Source of the DNA: Eledone cirrhosa
Lineage: Eukaryota
Assembly: GCA_964016885.1 (NCBI GenBank)
Contig: OZ024752.1
Location: forward strand, 31,496,001-31,560,000
Direction: 5' to 3'
Length of the DNA: 64,000 bases
Position 1 is the stretch's first letter, and each line of letters starts with the position of its first letter. This document shows, piece by piece, positions 27,434-42,821 of this stretch. The position numbers were made by a program, and so were the translations under genes. The notes beneath the pieces are model-generated. The model was given only the letters and a program-made list of their open reading frames with translations. It was not told the DNA's origin and ran no database searches.

Positions 27434-27500
<67 letters not shown>

Positions 27501-27552
27501 CCAAGACTGGAATTGAACCATCAGCACAGTTGAGGTATGTCAGACATCAATT

Positions 27553-27618
27553 TATTTTATCTGATGAGGACGTACTGAGGAAACAGCACAGTACCTCTGA
27601 AATATATATAATAAAATA
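27553..27618 (+). ncRNA. Type I hammerhead (family I)
   Basis: TATTTTAT-CTGATGA-GGACGTACTG AGGAAACAGCA CAGTACCTCT-GAAA-TATATA-TA-ATAAAATA. Confidence 0.75.
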
Positions 27619-27667
27619 TATTTGATCACACGAATGTCTATATTTATTTTGAAGTAATATATATATA

Positions 27668-27710
<43 letters not shown>

Positions 27711-27740
27711 AGATCAAAAGATGGTTAAATGAGTTCCATG

Positions 27741-27811
27741 TATTTTATTATGCGCATTTCAAAAACAAATATCATCATGCAATAACATTTGTGTTTTCAT
27801 CAGATAAAATA
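27741..27811 (-). ncRNA. Type I hammerhead (family J)
   Basis: Reverse complement reads TATTTTAT-CTGATGA-AAACACAAATGTT...GATATTTGTTTTT-GAAA-TGCGCA-TA-ATAAAATA. Palindromic ATGCGCAT. Confidence 0.8.
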
Positions 27812-27924
27812 GGAGGACATGATATGAAGGTTAAAAACACTTGTGGATAGTGCAGTTTTAAATCAATATATATATATATATGAATATGAAAACATGGCGT
27901 GCTGCATGGTTGCAAATGGGTTAC

Positions 27925-28239
27925 ATATGAATAAATTTAGCCCTTCATCAGTGATCTTCCAGCCTTCACTGGTATTTCATCGCTTTAAAGACCATATACC
28001 TCCGGTTGGTGCGAGCAACGGCTAAAGAAAGTCGTTGGGACACGTAAATAGGGGGAACGAGCGATACAGTAAACAATGGAATTACCATCTTTGATTGATT
28101 ACTGTCTCGCTCGTTCCCCCTATTTACGTGTCCCAACGACTTTCTTTAGCCGTTGCTCGCACCAACCGGAGGTATATGGTCTTTAAAGCGATGAAATACC
28201 AATGAAGGCTGGAAGATCACTGATGAAGGACTAAATTTA

Positions 28240-28246
<7 letters not shown>
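27925..28246. repeat. Fold-back element with about 145-bp near-perfect inverted arms
   Basis: 27925-28072 is mirrored at 28098-28246. Related sequence at about 13010-13140. Confidence 0.85.
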
Positions 28247-28273
<27 letters not shown>

Positions 28274-28419
28274 TTTTGAGTTTATGTTGGTTGTATACCA
28301 ACACCTCAGTATGCAGGCTGGAGCACTCGACGAAGTGCGCAGGTTGGTTTGGTTACTCCGGAGTAGTGTAAAATAAAGTTAAATAAAAGTCAAATGATTA
28401 AAATTTAGCTTCGTTTATT

Positions 28420-28474
28420 ACTGCTATATATATTTCAGTGACAGCCATCTTTGGCTGTGACCTCTTCAGGCAGT
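28420..28474 (-). ncRNA. Type I hammerhead (family H, second copy)
   Basis: Identical to 24353-24407. Confidence 0.8.
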
Positions 28475-28580
28475 TTGAATTAGTATGGTATAGACAAGTA
28501 CATATGTTGTTTAGGTGTATAATATTGTCAATACTCTGATATGCCCAGTTCCTTGTTGGGTTGTTAATTCACTGAGGAAC

Positions 28581-28656
<76 letters not shown>

Positions 28657-28817
28657 TACATGCATACATACGCATATATGTATGTATGTTCTTGTAGTTT
28701 TATAATTTTATAAATGTTTACCAATAGAGAGTTAGTTTCTAACATAGAAACAAGACTCTTTTCATTAGAATTCAAACAACATCAACTAGGTAGATATTTA
28801 TGTATGTCTGCTTGCGC

Positions 28818-28943
<126 letters not shown>

Positions 28944-29244
28944 GCATGGATGTTAGTATATGTGTGGAAGTGAATGCTTTGAGTTATATGTGTGCATGTG
29001 CTTATGTTTTGTATCTGTATGTATGTGTGTATGTGAGTATATATAACTCATATACACAAACTTAATACTGCTATTCTATCTCTGTGCCAAAATCACACCT
29101 TTACAACCCATACCAGCTCTCACAGAAATAACAACAAACAATTACTATTCATTCTTTCACCAACCATAGTTCACCAATCCTTTGTATAATACTTTTCTTT
29201 TTTTCTTTGTATTTATTCATTCATAGATTTATTATATTTAAACA

Positions 29245-29432
29245 TGGTGGATTGGTAGTATCGGTAGAGAGTCGGACGCCATGCTTTCCAGCATAGTTAC
29301 GTCCCTTTACGATCTGAGTTCAAATCCCGCCGAGGTTAACTTTGCCTTTCATCCTTACGGGGTCGATAAAATAAAATACCAGTAATGTACTGGGTAATTA
29401 CTGGCCTTGTGCCAAAAAGTAGAAACAATTAT
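29245..29432 (+). mobile_element. tRNA-derived SINE copy
   Basis: Full head-to-tail match to the family, flanked by a TTTAAACATG direct repeat. Confidence 0.85.
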
Positions 29433-30822
29433 TTTTAAACATGTTATTTTCAGTGTAACAACCAAATACAAATTGTAAAATACTAGTTGATATTATAACT
29501 GACATGCCAACCTGTAAAAACCCAATTTGGTTAACAACTTTTCAAATGTATAAATGAGTAACTATACTACAGACCTGCCAACCTCTAAAAACCGAAACGT
29601 GGAGTACCGTGAAAAAAAGTGCCAAGTAGACGTCGTTATTAAACAAACTCCTCTTTAACCACGAGGCCATACTTACTCTTAACTGACTTACATTCAAATT
29701 GATTTATTTCGTATCGAAAACTTTCTTGCAACTCCCGGTACACCATCAACAGAGATTGTGTCGATAGTCAGACGTGTACAATTTTAGTTTCAATGTTTAT
29801 TTTTCAATTTTTCATTTACTTATTCTAAAACTGTAAAGAATATATATAGTAAAAGAAAAAAGAAAATAAACGTTTGAGGCTGCTTTTAAAACAGAAAGTG
29901 ACTTTGCTTTCTTTCATAGCATTGGGTGTTTCTCAGAGGAAATTTGACTTGATTATCTGTCAAATGAATATATATACTTTATGGACAACTCGAGAAAAAT
30001 GTCTGAAATATTTATATTATAACCCAACGGGAATGAAACTTTATTTCATTTCCAGTTTGGCCAATCAGTTGATATTAAGGGCCGCAGAAAAATAAAAAGC
30101 TGCAAATGCAAGTTTAAGCCTAGTCCCAACTTAAACCAACTTAACCCATTTATTCTTTAGATATCACAAAATATAAAGATAATGTTGATGATGGTGTAGG
30201 CTGGGGTGGGGTGTCATGAATATATGGCTTTCAATTGATAGTGTGTGAGAAGACTGTACTGTACTGTATTGTACTGTGTTGTATTGTACTACGTCGAAAG
30301 GTGTCGTTGGTGATGTTAAATTTAACTTACAGCAGTGAATGTAAAGCTAGTTGCAGGCTCGGCTCTCTACGGGAAGCAATCACTGCTTTTAATCAGTCAC
30401 AAATAACAAAAGTCTTCTGTACTGCATATATTTTTTATCGTCCCTTGATATCAATTAACTTACACCCCCAGGTGGTGCTAGTGACATTTCTGATTCAGGG
30501 GAATGACTTAGACAAACATTCTTCAATGAAACTGTCTATAGTTTATTTTTTATTCTTTCTTTCAAACATTTGTCAATTGATTGTCTATAGTTAATTCCGT
30601 TTATCCAGACAAAACTGACGTAAAATCAGTGTTATAATATCGATTATTTTAGCAGAGGTAGATCAAGCACCAATTGGCTTCTTATAAAATCATTTTTTTT
30701 TTATGTTAATAGTATTATATTTCTATAATTTGTTTATATTGTGAATTTTCGCTAGCTGGCTACGTCAATAGATTCTAAAAGTCTACAATCTGTCTCGAGC
30801 TCAGAGCATCATCAGGCAAATT

Positions 30823-31075
30823 CTTATCCCAGTTTCCGTGGCGTGAAGCGACTGAGAGTACAAGACGCCCCTCTGGATAGGACGCCAGTCCATCGCAGGG
30901 TTAAACCCACAGCTATTGTTGGTACTCATTTTTTTTTCCAGCTGAGTATACTGGAGCAAAGGTGAAATGAAGTGTTTTACTCAAGAACACAACACGCAAC
31001 CCATCCCAGAAATCGAACCCTTGACATTATGACCGTAAGTCCAACACCTTTACCCACTAGGGCATGCGTCTCCAC
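30823..31075 (-). mobile_element. Second tRNA-derived SINE family with a CORE-like domain
   Basis: Reverse complement has a tRNA-like head with GGTTCGATT, then TGTGTTCTTGAGTAAAACACTT (CORE-like) and CCTGCGATGGACTGGCGTCCTATCCAG. Degenerate relative at about 24874-24990. Confidence 0.7.
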
Positions 31076-31406
31076 ACGTCAGTAGATTACGGTTCAGAAA
31101 TTTGAGATAAAGGATCAATGTTTCATCTAAGTCAATACACTCAGGCTTCGCTTTGCCTAATGTGAGGCTATAATATATGACTCACTGAAATATAGAGAAA
31201 TCCTGTGCCTGGTGTTCTCAAACGGATTCTGATATAGTTGTGACATGATCACAGCTTAAAACTTTCTTGGCAAGGCATATATAAGTTTATTATACATATG
31301 TACATCTATATATGTTGGGTCGTCAAGTGTGAAATTTGTAGAAAAAAAAGAAATTTCTACAAATTTCATACTTGAGGACCCAATATATACATATATATAT
31401 ATATAT

Positions 31407-32087
31407 ATCCAGTGGGTGTAACTAGGAGTTACTGCAGGTTCACCCGGGTGAGCACTCGATGTTTAGGTTCACTTCTGTGATGATGTGTAGAGCTATACAG
31501 AGTGTAAAATATAGAAAGGATAAAAAGGACGATTGATTATTCCTTCATTGCATTTATTGATTTTCTTGTAGCATTTTAAGAGGATCCGTCGAGCTGCGGA
31601 TTATTGAGTCGGGTAGGATCGATATAGATCGAACCTTGAGCTGATCAGTGGCGAAACGCGCGTCACCTATCAATAAATGCAATGAAGGAATAATCAATCG
31701 TTCTTTTTATCCTTTCTATATATATATATATATCCAAAATTAAGATAAATCAAAGTGAATTTTATCTAAATCAAAATTATGGGTGTCATGCCAGAAAGGC
31801 ATGCGCCATATCACCCGTAAAATAAGCTCTAAGATTCTAATGAATAGGTCCGAGCATTTTATAACAACTAGAAATTGATTAACATATAAATAAACATATG
31901 AAACAATCACAGGGGATAATTTTTACAAGTGTGTAAGCACACACAGCTAGGTAGGTAACTAAATAAAGTTAACTAGAACTTCAAAAATAGATACCTTATA
32001 ATATGATTAATCTTCCCTGTGTATATTCCATTAAGGAATATATTTCACCAATTAATCGAATGGTGGCCGATACTTGGATTTTCAACA
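31407..32087. mobile_element. Adjacent (TA)n-embedded elements: family N fold-back (31407-31720) and permuted copy of the 13.2-13.9 kb element (31733-32087)
   Basis: Blocks shared with 14460-14820 and 13170-13870. Confidence 0.7.
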
Positions 32088-32154
32088 ATATATATATATA
32101 TAGCAAATATATATATATATATATATATAGCAAATATATATATATATACAGCAA

Positions 32155-32190
<36 letters not shown>

Positions 32191-32192
<2 letters not shown>

Positions 32193-32304
32193 GTAAGAAA
32201 GTAAGAAATCGGAGAAAAGACCGTTAAAACATGTTTATTTTAAACAGCTGTTTTAAATAAACATGTTTTAACGGTCTATTCTCCGATTTCTTACTTTCCC
32301 ACGT
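32191..32304. repeat. Near-perfect hairpin next to (TA)n
   Basis: GAAAGTAAGAAATCGGAGAA...AAACAG|CTGTTT...TTCTCCGATTTCTTACTTTC. Confidence 0.85.
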
Positions 32305-32785
32305 GCTTACGCTCTGCTAACTCTCTAGCCCACTAAATATTAACACTTCGAATATTTAATACTGCCGGCACTAGTATCGAGCACCTTTGACATACGCTAC
32401 TTGGCAAATAACTATATGTATCACCTATCCTCCCCTTTTTTTTCTCTCTCTCGATACGTAAATAATGTATAGATATATGTATATATATATACACACATAT
32501 ATATATATATGTGAAGGCGCATGGCTTAGTGGTTGTCTTGGTTGCCCTTGAAATATATATAATTGTTTCTACTTTTGGCACAAGGCCAGCAATTACCCAG
32601 TGCATTACTGGTACTATAATAACATAAATATAGTTTCCATTTATTTAATATCATTGTATATATATATATATTCAAAATAGGGGTTCACAGGACCAAGACA
32701 ATGGAAAAAAACAACGAAAAGACGGATAGACTCCTCTCAAGATATATATAGCAGGGAAACTTTATGCTAGTCCCGTCAATAATAA

Positions 32786-32833
<48 letters not shown>

Positions 32834-32947
32834 TTAAGTAATTCCGTCGGAAAGGTCCAGGAAAAAAGAGTGCTCTATGTAGGTTACAGAGCTCAATAGT
32901 TATGTAATAAACAACATAAGATAATTATTTCATATACACCAGGATTT

Positions 32948-33007
32948 TTTCATTCTGATGACTGAAAGCAGATTTGTTTGCTTTCAAGAAACCACTGGTA
33001 AATGAAA
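32948..33007 (+). ncRNA. Type I hammerhead (family B, second copy)
   Basis: TTTCATT-CTGATGA-CTGAAAGCAGA TTTG TTTGCTTTCAA-GAAA-CCACTGG-TA-AATGAAA, with a perfect 7-bp stem I. Confidence 0.8.
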
Positions 33008-33032
33008 TAATTATCTTATGTTGTTTATTACA

Positions 33033-33088
<56 letters not shown>

Positions 33089-33448
33089 TAAATTGTCAGT
33101 TCATGATAGTGACGTATGCCGAAGTATATATAATTTGTTTGCGTATAAGAAACATACGTTCCATAGCCAATGAGGGTTATCCAAGGCGTGGTTATTGTTA
33201 GTTGAAAACTATTTTAAGCTGTAATCATATCACACAGCTCAGTATCTGTGTGAAAATGACAAATACTAATATTTCTGAATGTTTATTTCACTTCAATGAC
33301 GTTTAATCATTTGGTACTGAATCAAGATTAGCTGATTGCTGATATAGATCTGATATAGATCTGAAGTGGTATAGATTTTTTTGCCAATAATACATTTATA
33401 GAAGTGTTGATTTACATATGATGTGGGTTTAATGGGTTGGCATTAAGC

Positions 33449-33636
33449 AATAATTGTTTCTACTTTTGGCACAAGGCCAGCAATTACCCAGTACATTACT
33501 GGTACTTTATTTTATCGACCCCGTAAGGATGAAAGGCAAAGTTAACCTTGGCGGGATTTGAACTCAGAATGGAAAGGGCTATAACTCTATGCGTCAAAGC
33601 ATGGCGTCCGACCCTCAACCGATACTGCCAATCCAC
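33449..33636 (-). mobile_element. tRNA-derived SINE copy
   Basis: Reverse complement of the family consensus. Confidence 0.85.
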
Positions 33637-33849
33637 AAGCAATAATGACGCTAACACAGAGTGATTCATAAGAGAGGTGAATCTGAAAGTATATACTAGA
33701 TGTTTACAATCCTGAGCTTCCACAATTAGTGCTGAACTTACATAGGAGCAAAATAAGCTATAGCTTAGAGCCAAACACTCTCGAGGGCCTCATTTTTTTA
33801 ATATATTTTTATTTTATCATTAGTTTTTATTCTTTAACACTACATCATC

Positions 33850-33893
<44 letters not shown>

Positions 33894-34039
33894 GTAGTTC
33901 CACAATAGTTAGTTCACCATACCGAGAACAAATGTTTTACCTTATTCGGATCCTCAGCTCGGTCTAAAATTTGTGGAACTATTTCTACCAAACTCGTCCC
34001 ATGGACTGAGTGCTCTACTACTACGGATATAACCCTCCA

Positions 34040-34117
<78 letters not shown>

Positions 34118-34120
<3 letters not shown>

Positions 34121-34531
34121 CTAACCTCAGTCTCCTCTGTGTCACTTTTGAGCTGACTTTTACAGCTCTGAGTTTTTCATTCTCAGTGTATACTGATTAA
34201 TGTTCAGAGCCATCCTCAGCATTCTCGTGTAGCACCCATCCACCATCTGAGTGAGTTTCTTGGTCAGTGTCCAAGTCTCAGACCCATACATCAGCACAGA
34301 CTCCACTACAGCAAAGATGCTCACCGACATCCAGAGTTGACATTGCACTCAGTGCTCCTTTGGGAGCCCCTACATGGACACACTAGAAGAGGAAGACCAA
34401 GGTTAACATATGTTGATGCCCTAAGGACAGACAGTGGTCTGTTGGAGATGCAGGACATGGCGGCGGTGATGAGGGACAGAGCCCGCTGGAGAGAACTCGT
34501 CCATGGATCTCGCGAATTTTACCCGCCTTAG
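34118..34531. mobile_element. RTE-clade LINE 3' fragment with 5' inversion
   Basis: The - strand gives ESVLMYGSETWTLT...RMLRMALN...TQRRLRLA. The + strand gives RHPELTLHSVLLWEPLHGHTRRGRPRLTYVDAL...DRARWR. Flanked by (TA)n. Confidence 0.85.
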
Positions 34532-35105
34532 ATATATATATATATATAATTGTTTCTTCATTTATATATATATAATGGTACAACTCGGTTTCGAATAATT
34601 CCATCGCTTGAGCATCACGAACGTGTCTCTTTAGTCCAACAATACCATGCATCGCAAAAAATGTCACATATCAAGCGCTGCCTGTGCTTGAAGCTTTTAT
34701 AAGCGAGAAAAAGCTTTGCACGAGGCCAATCACCCTCTCTGAACATCAACTGTATTTACCCCAAAAGAAGGACTGGTCTACATCATTGGATACAAACGAA
34801 GTCGCATGTTTTATCTCAGAGTGACCTTCCCCTAGAGAGATGTCTTAATGAAGACTAGGAGTCTCTCACTCCGCAAATATATATATATTTACTCGAATAG
34901 TTTTAGAGATGGGCCTCAAATTTTATATAGCTTAGGGCCTCAATAGGTGAAATCATATGATAGATAGTTTTGTTTGATGGACCTCCGTCGATTCCGACGA
35001 TGAATAATCCAGTTGTTTGACTATCATAACAGTCTGCGCGTGAAGTTAACGCGCAAGTGACTTAGAATTCTATCGAAACTGGTACACACCCCGCAAAGTA
35101 GTTCT

Positions 35106-35521
35106 TATAACAAAATACTGGATTGTATGAATATAACAAAGATGCTCGGTTGTGTATATAACGTTTAATTAACAAGTTGAGGTTATGTAGAACAGTATAG
35201 TTGACATGTCAATGAGTAGTAGATGAAAGAATGAAGTAAAGTTATTTGTTACCGTTTTGAAGTTAGCTCGCAAGGGGCCATGTTAGGGTTGCCAGACGAA
35301 CGCGCCTGGCCGAAGAGCCAGGCAGGTTAGAAGGCCAGGAGCCGAAAGGCAAATGAGAGAGAGAGATCGCTCTGAGTATCCCTTTTATAGGGTCTCAAGA
35401 CGGAAGTGATTAAAAGGGTTCTGCCACCCCACCGGGAAGTAACTCCAGCTACTTCCTGTCTAGAGAGCGTTAATCTATTGGTGATGTGAGTGTCACAAAA
35501 AGGGAGGCAACTCTTGCTACA
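35106..35521 (-). mobile_element. Probable solo LTR (416 bp)
   Basis: Degenerate terminal inverted repeats TATAACAAAA / TCTTGCTACA, 4-bp TTCT duplication on both sides, TATAAAAGG and an AATTAAA-like signal on the - strand. Confidence 0.55.
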
Positions 35522-35658
35522 TTCTCATAAAAGTTCTGCTGACAACATAGCTACGGCTGAATAAATAGAGTATGGTAGCGACTACTTTACCAATTGACCT
35601 ATTGTTACACGACAGTAACTGCACCAACGTTAATATAGTATTACTAAAATTACTAATA

Positions 35659-36336
35659 AGGTGGATTGGTAGTATCGGTAGAGGATCGGACGCCATGCTT
35701 TACAGCAGGGGTTTGCAACATGTTCTAATGGCGGGCCACTTTTGAACATTGTAACAACTATTAGGGGCATTAATATTTATTAAGCACTATTCCAAAGATC
35801 CACCACAACTTCTTTCCATAACATGGAACTGGGAAATTATAACACACATAACCCTATCAGTGAAGCCCTTTAGTATAGGTCAACTGGGAAATTATAGCAC
35901 ACATAACCCTATCAGTGAAACCCTTTAGTATAGGTCAACTGGGAAATTATAACACACATAACCCTATCAGTGAAACCCTTTAGTATAGGTCAACTGGGAA
36001 ATTATAGCACACATAACCCTATCAGTGAAACCCTTTAGTATAGGTCAACTAACAGAAAATTGTATTACGGTTACGAAAAGAATTCTAAACACCTACAAGC
36101 TAAAAATCAAAAACGGTCGCCGCGAGCTACTCTGACTGTTCTGGCGGGCCGGATTGTGAACCGTGGGCCGCCTGTTGCACGCCCCTGATTTTAGCATAGA
36201 GTTACGTCCCTTTACGGCCTGAGTTCAAATTCCGCCGAGGTTAACTTTGCCTTTCATCTTTACGGGGTTGATAAAATAAAGTACCAGTAATGTACTGGGA
36301 TAATTGCTGGCCTTGTGCTAAAAGTAGAAGCAATAT
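35659..36336 (+). mobile_element. tRNA-derived SINE split by a hAT MITE
   Basis: Head at 35659-35705, remainder at about 36190-36336. ATTACTAATAAGG direct repeat on both sides. Confidence 0.8.
35706..36187. mobile_element. hAT-like MITE carrying four 55-bp tandem units
   Basis: TIRs CAGGGGTTTGCAACA / TGTTGCACGCCCCTG, subterminal GCGGGCC motifs, 55-bp units at 35827, 35882, 35937 and 35992. Confidence 0.75.
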
Positions 36337-36781
36337 TACTAATAAGGAATCAAGTCACTAAAATTGAGGCTAAACTGGACAACATTTTTTTTACTGTTTT
36401 CACTATAATTTCTTAGAAAACATTGATGTTAAATTAAGTAAAAATTAGGCGAATATATATATATATGTATGTATGCATGTATCTATCTATATATATGTGT
36501 GTGTGTGCATACATGCACGCACATACGCACTCATATATTTATGTGTACGTAGGTATGTATGTATCTATCTATCTATCTATGTGTGTGTGTGTGTGTGTGA
36601 GTGTGTGGGGAGGTGTGTGCATATACATACACGCACATACACACATATATATATATATATATGCATAATATAGGAACACACGTACACACGCACATATACA
36701 CATATATATGTAAACATATATATACATACTGTAGGAGTACATCTACAGACATATATATACACACATATATGTAAACATATA

Positions 36782-36832
<51 letters not shown>

Positions 36833-36960
36833 CATAGGAACAACGTACAGAGGCTGACATACATATATGCATCGTGCGATTTTTGAAGGCAATAGATTAA
36901 TTATAATTAGACATGCCTATATCAATTACTAAAGATCCATTATATCTCACTGTGCTACTG

Positions 36961-37015
<55 letters not shown>

Positions 37016-37026
37016 TACAGTCTATA

Positions 37027-37079
<53 letters not shown>

Positions 37080-37233
37080 GTATATATATATAAGTTGTAA
37101 TAGAATGAAAACGAAATTTCATTTCTCACTCTTAGTACGGCACTTACTCAAATGTAAGTATGTATGTATACGTACATACACACATGTATACAGACGTATG
37201 TGTGCATGTACGTATACATACATACTTACATTT

Positions 37234-37277
<44 letters not shown>

Positions 37278-37311
37278 GTATATATATATATATACGTATA
37301 TATATATATAC

Positions 37312-37377
<66 letters not shown>

Positions 37378-37474
37378 GAGGTTGGTAATGGCACATGGAA
37401 TATATAAGAGACAGAATACTTTTTTGTGAAAAAACATACAATTTTATAAGGTAAGGAAAGAATAAAGGGTATAA

Positions 37475-37522
37475 AAAATGACCGGTTTCGATGGGTCTGC
37501 AAAAGCCATCTTTTCAAATGTT
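37475..37522 (-). ncRNA. Hammerhead motif, U3-A8 variant (family K, left arm)
   Basis: Reverse complement of 38185-38232. Confidence 0.6.
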
Positions 37523-37710
37523 GATTAAATATTAAGAAAAATTAATAATAAGAGTTAAAATTTGAGATTTGAAAATTCAAGTATAAAATTCAGTGTGGGA
37601 TTTCATAGTAGTTTTCATCTTGGTAGCAGCAGTGTGTGTGTATGTATGTGTGTATCTGGATGTATGTGTATGTATATATATGTGTGTGTGTGTATATATA
37701 TGTGTGTGTA

Positions 37711-37750
<40 letters not shown>

Positions 37751-38184
37751 TATGTATATGTATGTGTGTGTGTGTGTATGTATGTGTATGTATATATATA
37801 TATATATATATGTATGTATATGTATGTGTGTGTGGATGAGGGTATGTGTATATATAGGTGTAAGTACACTAAATCCCTTTCTATCACTCTCCCCTCTCCT
37901 ACCGACCACATGGAGATATATGTATGTATATTGCTTCCACCCCCTCACTGACCAGCTGCTGGCCATCTGGCCATTGCTAAATCTGACCTTAAAAAAAAAA
38001 AAAAAAAAAAAAAAACACTCCCCACAAATAATTCCTCATTCACTACCAGAAAGGGACACACAGCAGTCAACTTGCTGCTACCAAGATGAAAACTACTATG
38101 AAATCCCACACTCAATTTTATACTTGAATTTTCAAATCTTAAATTTTAACTCTTCTTATTATTAATTTTTCTTAATATTTAATC

Positions 38185-38232
38185 AACATTTGAAAAGATG
38201 GCTTTTGCAGACCCATCGAAACCGGTCATTTT
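38185..38232 (+). ncRNA. Hammerhead motif, U3-A8 variant (family K, right arm)
   Basis: AACAT-TTGAAAA-GATGG CTTTTGCAGAC CCATC-GAAA-CCGG-TC-ATTTT. Stem I is weak. Confidence 0.6.
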
Positions 38233-38371
38233 TTATACCCTTTATTCTTTCCTTACCTTATAAAATTGTATGTTTTTTCACAAAAAAAGTATTCTGTCTC
38301 TTATATATTCCATGTGCCATTACCAACCTCAATTTTCTCTATAACCTTCGTTTTGTGTAGAAACTTACACT

Positions 38372-38432
<61 letters not shown>

Positions 38433-38571
38433 GGTTTGAGCTTCACCACTGTATAGAGCTGGTCTATTCCGTATGGTCAATCGTAATGCAATAATATAGA
38501 GAGTACTCAACGTAAGGCAGTTCAACCGTCTTTGTTTTTGTAGTTGGTGGTGCTATTACGTAGTTAAATAT

Positions 38572-38680
38572 TATAATGAAATGACAGGTGGCTGGATTTG
38601 TGTAAATCCTTGAAAGGTTTATTATACTATAAATCTTTCAAGGATTTACACAAATCCAGCCTCCTGTCATTTCATTATAA
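38572..38680. repeat. Near-perfect hairpin (about 50-bp arms)
   Basis: TATAATGAAATGACAGG...GAAAGGTTTAT / ATAAATCTTTC...CCTGTCATTTCATTATA. Confidence 0.85.
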
Positions 38681-38930
38681 AATTATATATATATACTCCA
38701 CCCGCCACCACCCCTACACCCCACACACCCTTCTACCACCTGTTTTACCCCTTTTTAATTTCAGTTTATTTTGGTCATGCTTTTATATTTATTTTTATTT
38801 CATTTCTTTTTATTTTGATCATGCTTTATTTTTATTTTTATTTTTAATTTCATTCGCACCGTTTCCTTTCGCTATATGTCTCTCCACCACTCCCCTACAC
38901 ACCCTTTCAACTCTGTTCCCACACACTTCT

Positions 38931-38963
38931 CACCTGAGGAAGGGCTTATGCCCGAAACGTCGT
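38931..38963 (+). ncRNA. Ultra-minimal hammerhead motif (family L)
   Basis: CAC-CTGAGGA-AGGGC TTAT GCCC-GAAA-CG-TC-GTT, with AATAAA about 40 nt downstream. Stem I is short. Confidence 0.6.
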
Positions 38964-39049
38964 TCCCCACCACCACCCCACTCTCCAGAGCGTGAAATTA
39001 ATAAACATTCGTTGTACTGCCTCTCTGTTTTGTTCCTGTTCAAATTTTC

Positions 39050-41965
<2,916 letters not shown>

Positions 41966-42081
41966 TGATATTTAAAAGACGCAGTTATAATCAATATTCC
42001 TTACATTTCTAATGGTTGCCTTTAGCCATCACCCACCGCCTATGGTGACAGTAAACTATCTGCATTACCACACTCACTTGT

Positions 42082-42507
42082 TACCACCACCACCACCACC
42101 ACCACTACTACCACCACTACTACTACTACTACTACCACCACTACCACCACTACTACCACCACCACAACTACCACCACCATAACCACGACCACCACCACCA
42201 CTACCACCACAACCACCACCACCACTGACCATCACCACAACTACCACCACTACCACCACAACCACCACCACCACTACAACCACAACCATCCACCACCATT
42301 GACCATCACCACCACTACCACCACTACCACCACAACTACCACCACAACTACCACCACCACCACCACTACTACTACCACCACCACTACCACCACTACTACC
42401 ACCACTACTACTACTACTACTACCACCACTACCATTACTACCACTACCACTACTACTACCACTACCACTACCACTATTATTGCTAGAACTACCACCACTA
42501 CTATTAC
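42082..42507. repeat. (ACC/ACT)n trinucleotide repeat
   Basis: Directly visible. Confidence 0.9.
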
Positions 42508-42703
42508 TAATAATTGTTTCTACGTTAGGCACAAGGCCAGCAATTACCCAGTGCATTACTGGTACTTTATTTTATCGACCCCGTAAGGATGAAAGGCAAA
42601 GTTAAACCTCGGCGCGATTTGAACTCAGACCATAAAGGGCCGTAACTCTTTGCTGCAAAGCATGGCGTCCGACCCTCTACCGATACTGCCAATCCACCGC
42701 CCT
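42508..42703 (-). mobile_element. tRNA-derived SINE copy
   Basis: Reverse complement of the family consensus. Confidence 0.85.
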
Positions 42704-42821
42704 TTAATATAATAACACTCCTACCACTACAACTAATGAAAATACTATTACTACCACCACCCCTACTACGACTACCACTCCTACTAATACCATTACTACC
42801 ACCACTACCACTACTACTAAC

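Larger units (their letters stand above)
37373..38336. mobile_element. Inverted-repeat element (family K), about 260-bp arms around a microsatellite-containing spacer
   Basis: 37373-37631 is mirrored at 38073-38336. Confidence 0.85.

Noticed and set aside
35827-36050. 55-bp array (and the 67-bp array at 55051-55314) as CRISPR
   Set aside because: Plain tandem repeats without variable spacers, in a eukaryotic context.
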